A stretch of DNA of 64,000 nt from assembly GCA_905331485.1 (NCBI GenBank), contig CAJNYT010000051.1, positions 407,310 through 471,309 on the forward strand, given 5' to 3'. The stretch comes from Rotaria socialis (Eukaryota). Below the pieces are notes generated by a model. It searched no databases. It worked only from the letters and a program-made list of their open reading frames with translations, and was not told where the DNA came from. Below, piece by piece: positions 61,340-64,000 of the stretch (the first letter of the stretch is position 1; the number at the start of each line of letters is the position of its first letter). The translations under genes and the position numbers were made by a program.

Positions 61340-62006
61340 CTGTTGGCCTTGATAATTTTGTAAAAACAATTTGTGTTACTATCACTTGCAATAAATATCC
61401 CAATGATGATTGAAGTGTTAATACAAGAATTCCACCGATACATTCTGTTGTTATATATCGTGAACCATATCCAATTGTATGTTGAGTTTCAATAGAAAAC
61501 AGAAGTGCACTTAGAAAATTATGCACATCTTTAACACAGGTTTCTTTGTCGGCATACGTATTTCCATGAGTAAGATTTGTTTGATTAGCTAATAAATTAT
61601 TATTGTCATCTGTTAAAACAAAATCCCCATGTTCAATTGATATAAGAAAATAAAGAAATGCAAATGCAAACCAACTGAACAAAAACCCACATAGAACCAA
61701 TGTTAATACAAGCCACCATTTAGCTTGCATGATAAATAAAATCAAATTCGAATGAATATGTTTAATACGCCCAATCGATAAATAACTAACATTAATATGA
61801 CCATCTTTATCAACAAAACGAAAGGCATCCGTTGATGATAAATCATTTATATTATCATTTGCATTAACAGTTCGATATTGTCCTTTGTTGTCATTAGTTT
61901 TATTCATTCTTCGTTGTGAGATTGATAGTGTAAATCGTAGAAGAAATATTTTCCTTGTAACGTCACAAGAACGAACGAGACGTCTAGCTGTATAGAATAA
62001 TAACAA
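61340..62006 (-). CDS. Inward-rectifier K+ channel (Kir/KCNJ family), exon 1: N-terminus, M1, pore helix with TIGYG filter, M2
   Basis: AFRFVDKDGHINVSYLSIG...KWWLVLTLVLCGFLFSWFAFAFLYFLI...FLSALLFSIETQHTIGYGSRYITTECIGGILVLTLQSSLGYLLQVIVTQIVFTKLSRPT; donor AG|gtgaaa. The true start may be the internal Met (MNKTNDNK..) or further upstream. Confidence 0.8.
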
Positions 62007-64000
62007 ATAACTTTAGAATCTTTCATATCTGTATACATATATCTATCCGTGACAATTATTTTTGCACACATATTCTACTTGCCTACTGATAAACATGTGC
62101 ATTTTTTTCTTCTTTTGTGCCCTATAAAGTTTCATTCATAAGGTACCTAGTGATATTTTGATAGTTATTTGTCGTTGTTAATGCCTGAATGATCACATTC
62201 TTTCATAAACATTCAATATATGTACCGTGATCGATTGGTACGTACACATGATCAAATTTGTCGTCGTCCTCGTATGTAACTTTTGAATAAACAAAACACA
62301 AATACAGGAAATAGTTTAGACAACTAGACAATATTATAGTCAAACTCAAACATGCAGCATGTACTTTCGTTGAAACTTCTAACGGAAATATACCTAAAAT
62401 GTAAAAAAATCACCTGTCAATCAGTGTCGGACGTAGTTTCGCGAAATAGATAATTTATTTTCTAATATACTGTGAAATTCAAGATTATTCATGCTCTCGA
62501 AAAGAAAAAAAACAAATAAATATTCAAATATATTTTTTTCGGTCTGGGTAATTTTACGTTTTAGTAATATATGCTCCTATTCTTCAACATTGAAATTGTT
62601 TATGACAAGAAGAATGCAATTCTAAATTGAGTTTATGTGCGCAGACCATCAAAGAGATACAATACATATTATTCAAATATCGGTTGCACAAGCCGACAAC
62701 AATTTTTTGAACCATTCTCAATGGTTGGATCCCTCGGGACGCAGAAGAATTACATTATTTTTTGTTTCAGTGTATGTACAATGTTGAGAAGCACTCCATG
62801 CAATACTATACGATGCATACATCTAGTAGCAGATGAAATAAATTATGCAGTATTTATCCCATTAAGTGTTCTAACATAAAAAGACATTTACCTGTCTATC
62901 GTCGAAGTGTGAAAACAAAAGAGATTGATTTAAGATATGTCTATACTCCAAGCATACTCTTGTTCTCATCTACACTCTGAATAATGCACTCAAGATGGGC
63001 TGCAAAAATCACAATCAAATACAACAGTTGACGACAAGAATACCTCATGAATAGGTTTAAATGATCAAATTAAGAAACGATATATTGTAAGGTATGCTTT
63101 CACAGGTCGATATAAATAGTCCGAATATTGACTTATGTCATAGTATATGGGAACTGTCGTTTCTTTCAGGCAAATAGTTTTATAATTTTTGAATTCTAAT
63201 TCTAATGCATAACTATGAATTACTTTCAAATGGATCTATTTCTTCAGACAATAGAAACATGTTGTGTTCGATTTCAGCTATTATGTTTAGTCTTAGATTA
63301 CACATTTTTCCGAAACATGATCCACTAGTAATGTTCAACTGTAGATTTGTGCTTTCTCTTTCTAGCATTAACACAAACTAGAGGTTAATAAAACACTATT
63401 TCAATGATTAGTTACGGTGGTTACATCGTATTTCTTAGTTCGGTTTTTTCTTCTTCATTCCTAACTAAATCAACACTATTAAAAATCACAGCTTTCCCAG
63501 CAGAGAGTCATATATTTTTATTCACCGACAACGCAACACATTTCTTATCTCATCTTCGTTTCTTTTAATCTGAATATAAATCAACAATTACTCAAGTTGT
63601 CAATTGTTTGCCACTAGAAATTCTTTTCATCTATCTGCCACTTTCATGTACGAATGTGTCATAAAATAAAGCACACAAGGACTATACACGAAAAGTCATA
63701 TTCGTTCATAAACATACTGACATCTGTAATCACGTAAAACCTGTGGTCTAGCAATGTCAACCAATAGATAAGAAATAAATAAAAACTTTCGAACGAACGA
63801 CACGACGAATGGTTCATACTCTTCTTGTCTTCGTTCTTTTCAATTCAAGACATTCACTCGAATCCTCCAATGAAAAAATATTGATCAGTACAAAAATGAG
63901 GGGTATATAAAAACTACAAGAACTTCACAATGGTATTAATATTTATTCTATAATTTAACGAAATAAACAAATCGATTAATAATCAAATCATATCATGTCA

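Overview
AT-rich (~67% AT), intron-containing eukaryotic (metazoan, probably invertebrate or helminth-like) nuclear DNA; not prokaryotic. The ORF track looks built with a bacterial start table (TTG is called as M at 44435), so ORF 'starts' are unreliable here. Most real genes are split into short exons, with gtaagt/gtgagt donors and tttcag/ttttag acceptors visible. Genes I can support from the translations: (1) a doublecortin (DCX) + WD40-repeat gene, about 1.85-6.3 kb, + strand; (2) a PGY-repeat CIMIP2/FAM166-like gene, about 7.0-7.76 kb, - strand; (3) a PWWP-domain HDGF/LEDGF-like gene with an AT-hook and a C-terminal helical module, 8.96-10.89 kb, + strand, 7 exons resolved; (4) two tandemly duplicated 4-exon genes for small multi-pass membrane proteins (12.9-14.25 kb and 17.9-19.66 kb, + strand) with identical exon lengths; (5) Hsp70 substrate-binding-domain exons with no detectable nucleotide-binding domain (25.2-26.9 kb, - strand); (6) a long low-complexity minus-strand gene (27-33.7 kb) with a PPMSMS coding minisatellite and reiterated acidic LFDDG-motif exons; (7) a vault-PARP (PARP4)-like gene (BRCT, PARP catalytic, VIT, VWA), 33.75-38.81 kb, - strand; (8) a secreted, GPI-anchor-like protein with a Gly/Ser-rich beta-solenoid resembling the bacterial DUF2807 adhesin head (43.9-45.08 kb, + strand); (9) an inward-rectifier K+ channel (Kir) gene with a 51-nt microexon (60.15-62.0 kb, - strand). 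The most unusual locus is at 50.1-57.5 kb. It holds a 3' fragment of a TRAFAC-class (GIMAP/septin-like) GTPase gene ending in a TM anchor. That fragment is interrupted and followed by TG/CA-rich palindromic blocks. Next comes an inverted copy of a CCGCGG-rich dispersed repeat, then two intronless, divergently transcribed paralogous P-loop GTPase genes (636 aa and 497 aa) with coiled-coil tails. Last comes a ~470-bp direct duplicate of the 3' end of the first GTPase fragment. This has the signature of a ~5.7-kb inserted cassette carrying a rapidly evolving GTPase pair. The window also contains a 13-bp-TIR MITE (two copies), a foldback element with 14-bp tandem arrays, a 70-bp near-perfect inverted repeat, a GC-rich CCTGTCC/GGACAGG island and several microsatellites. 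Unless stated otherwise, exon coordinates are approximate and hand-derived.
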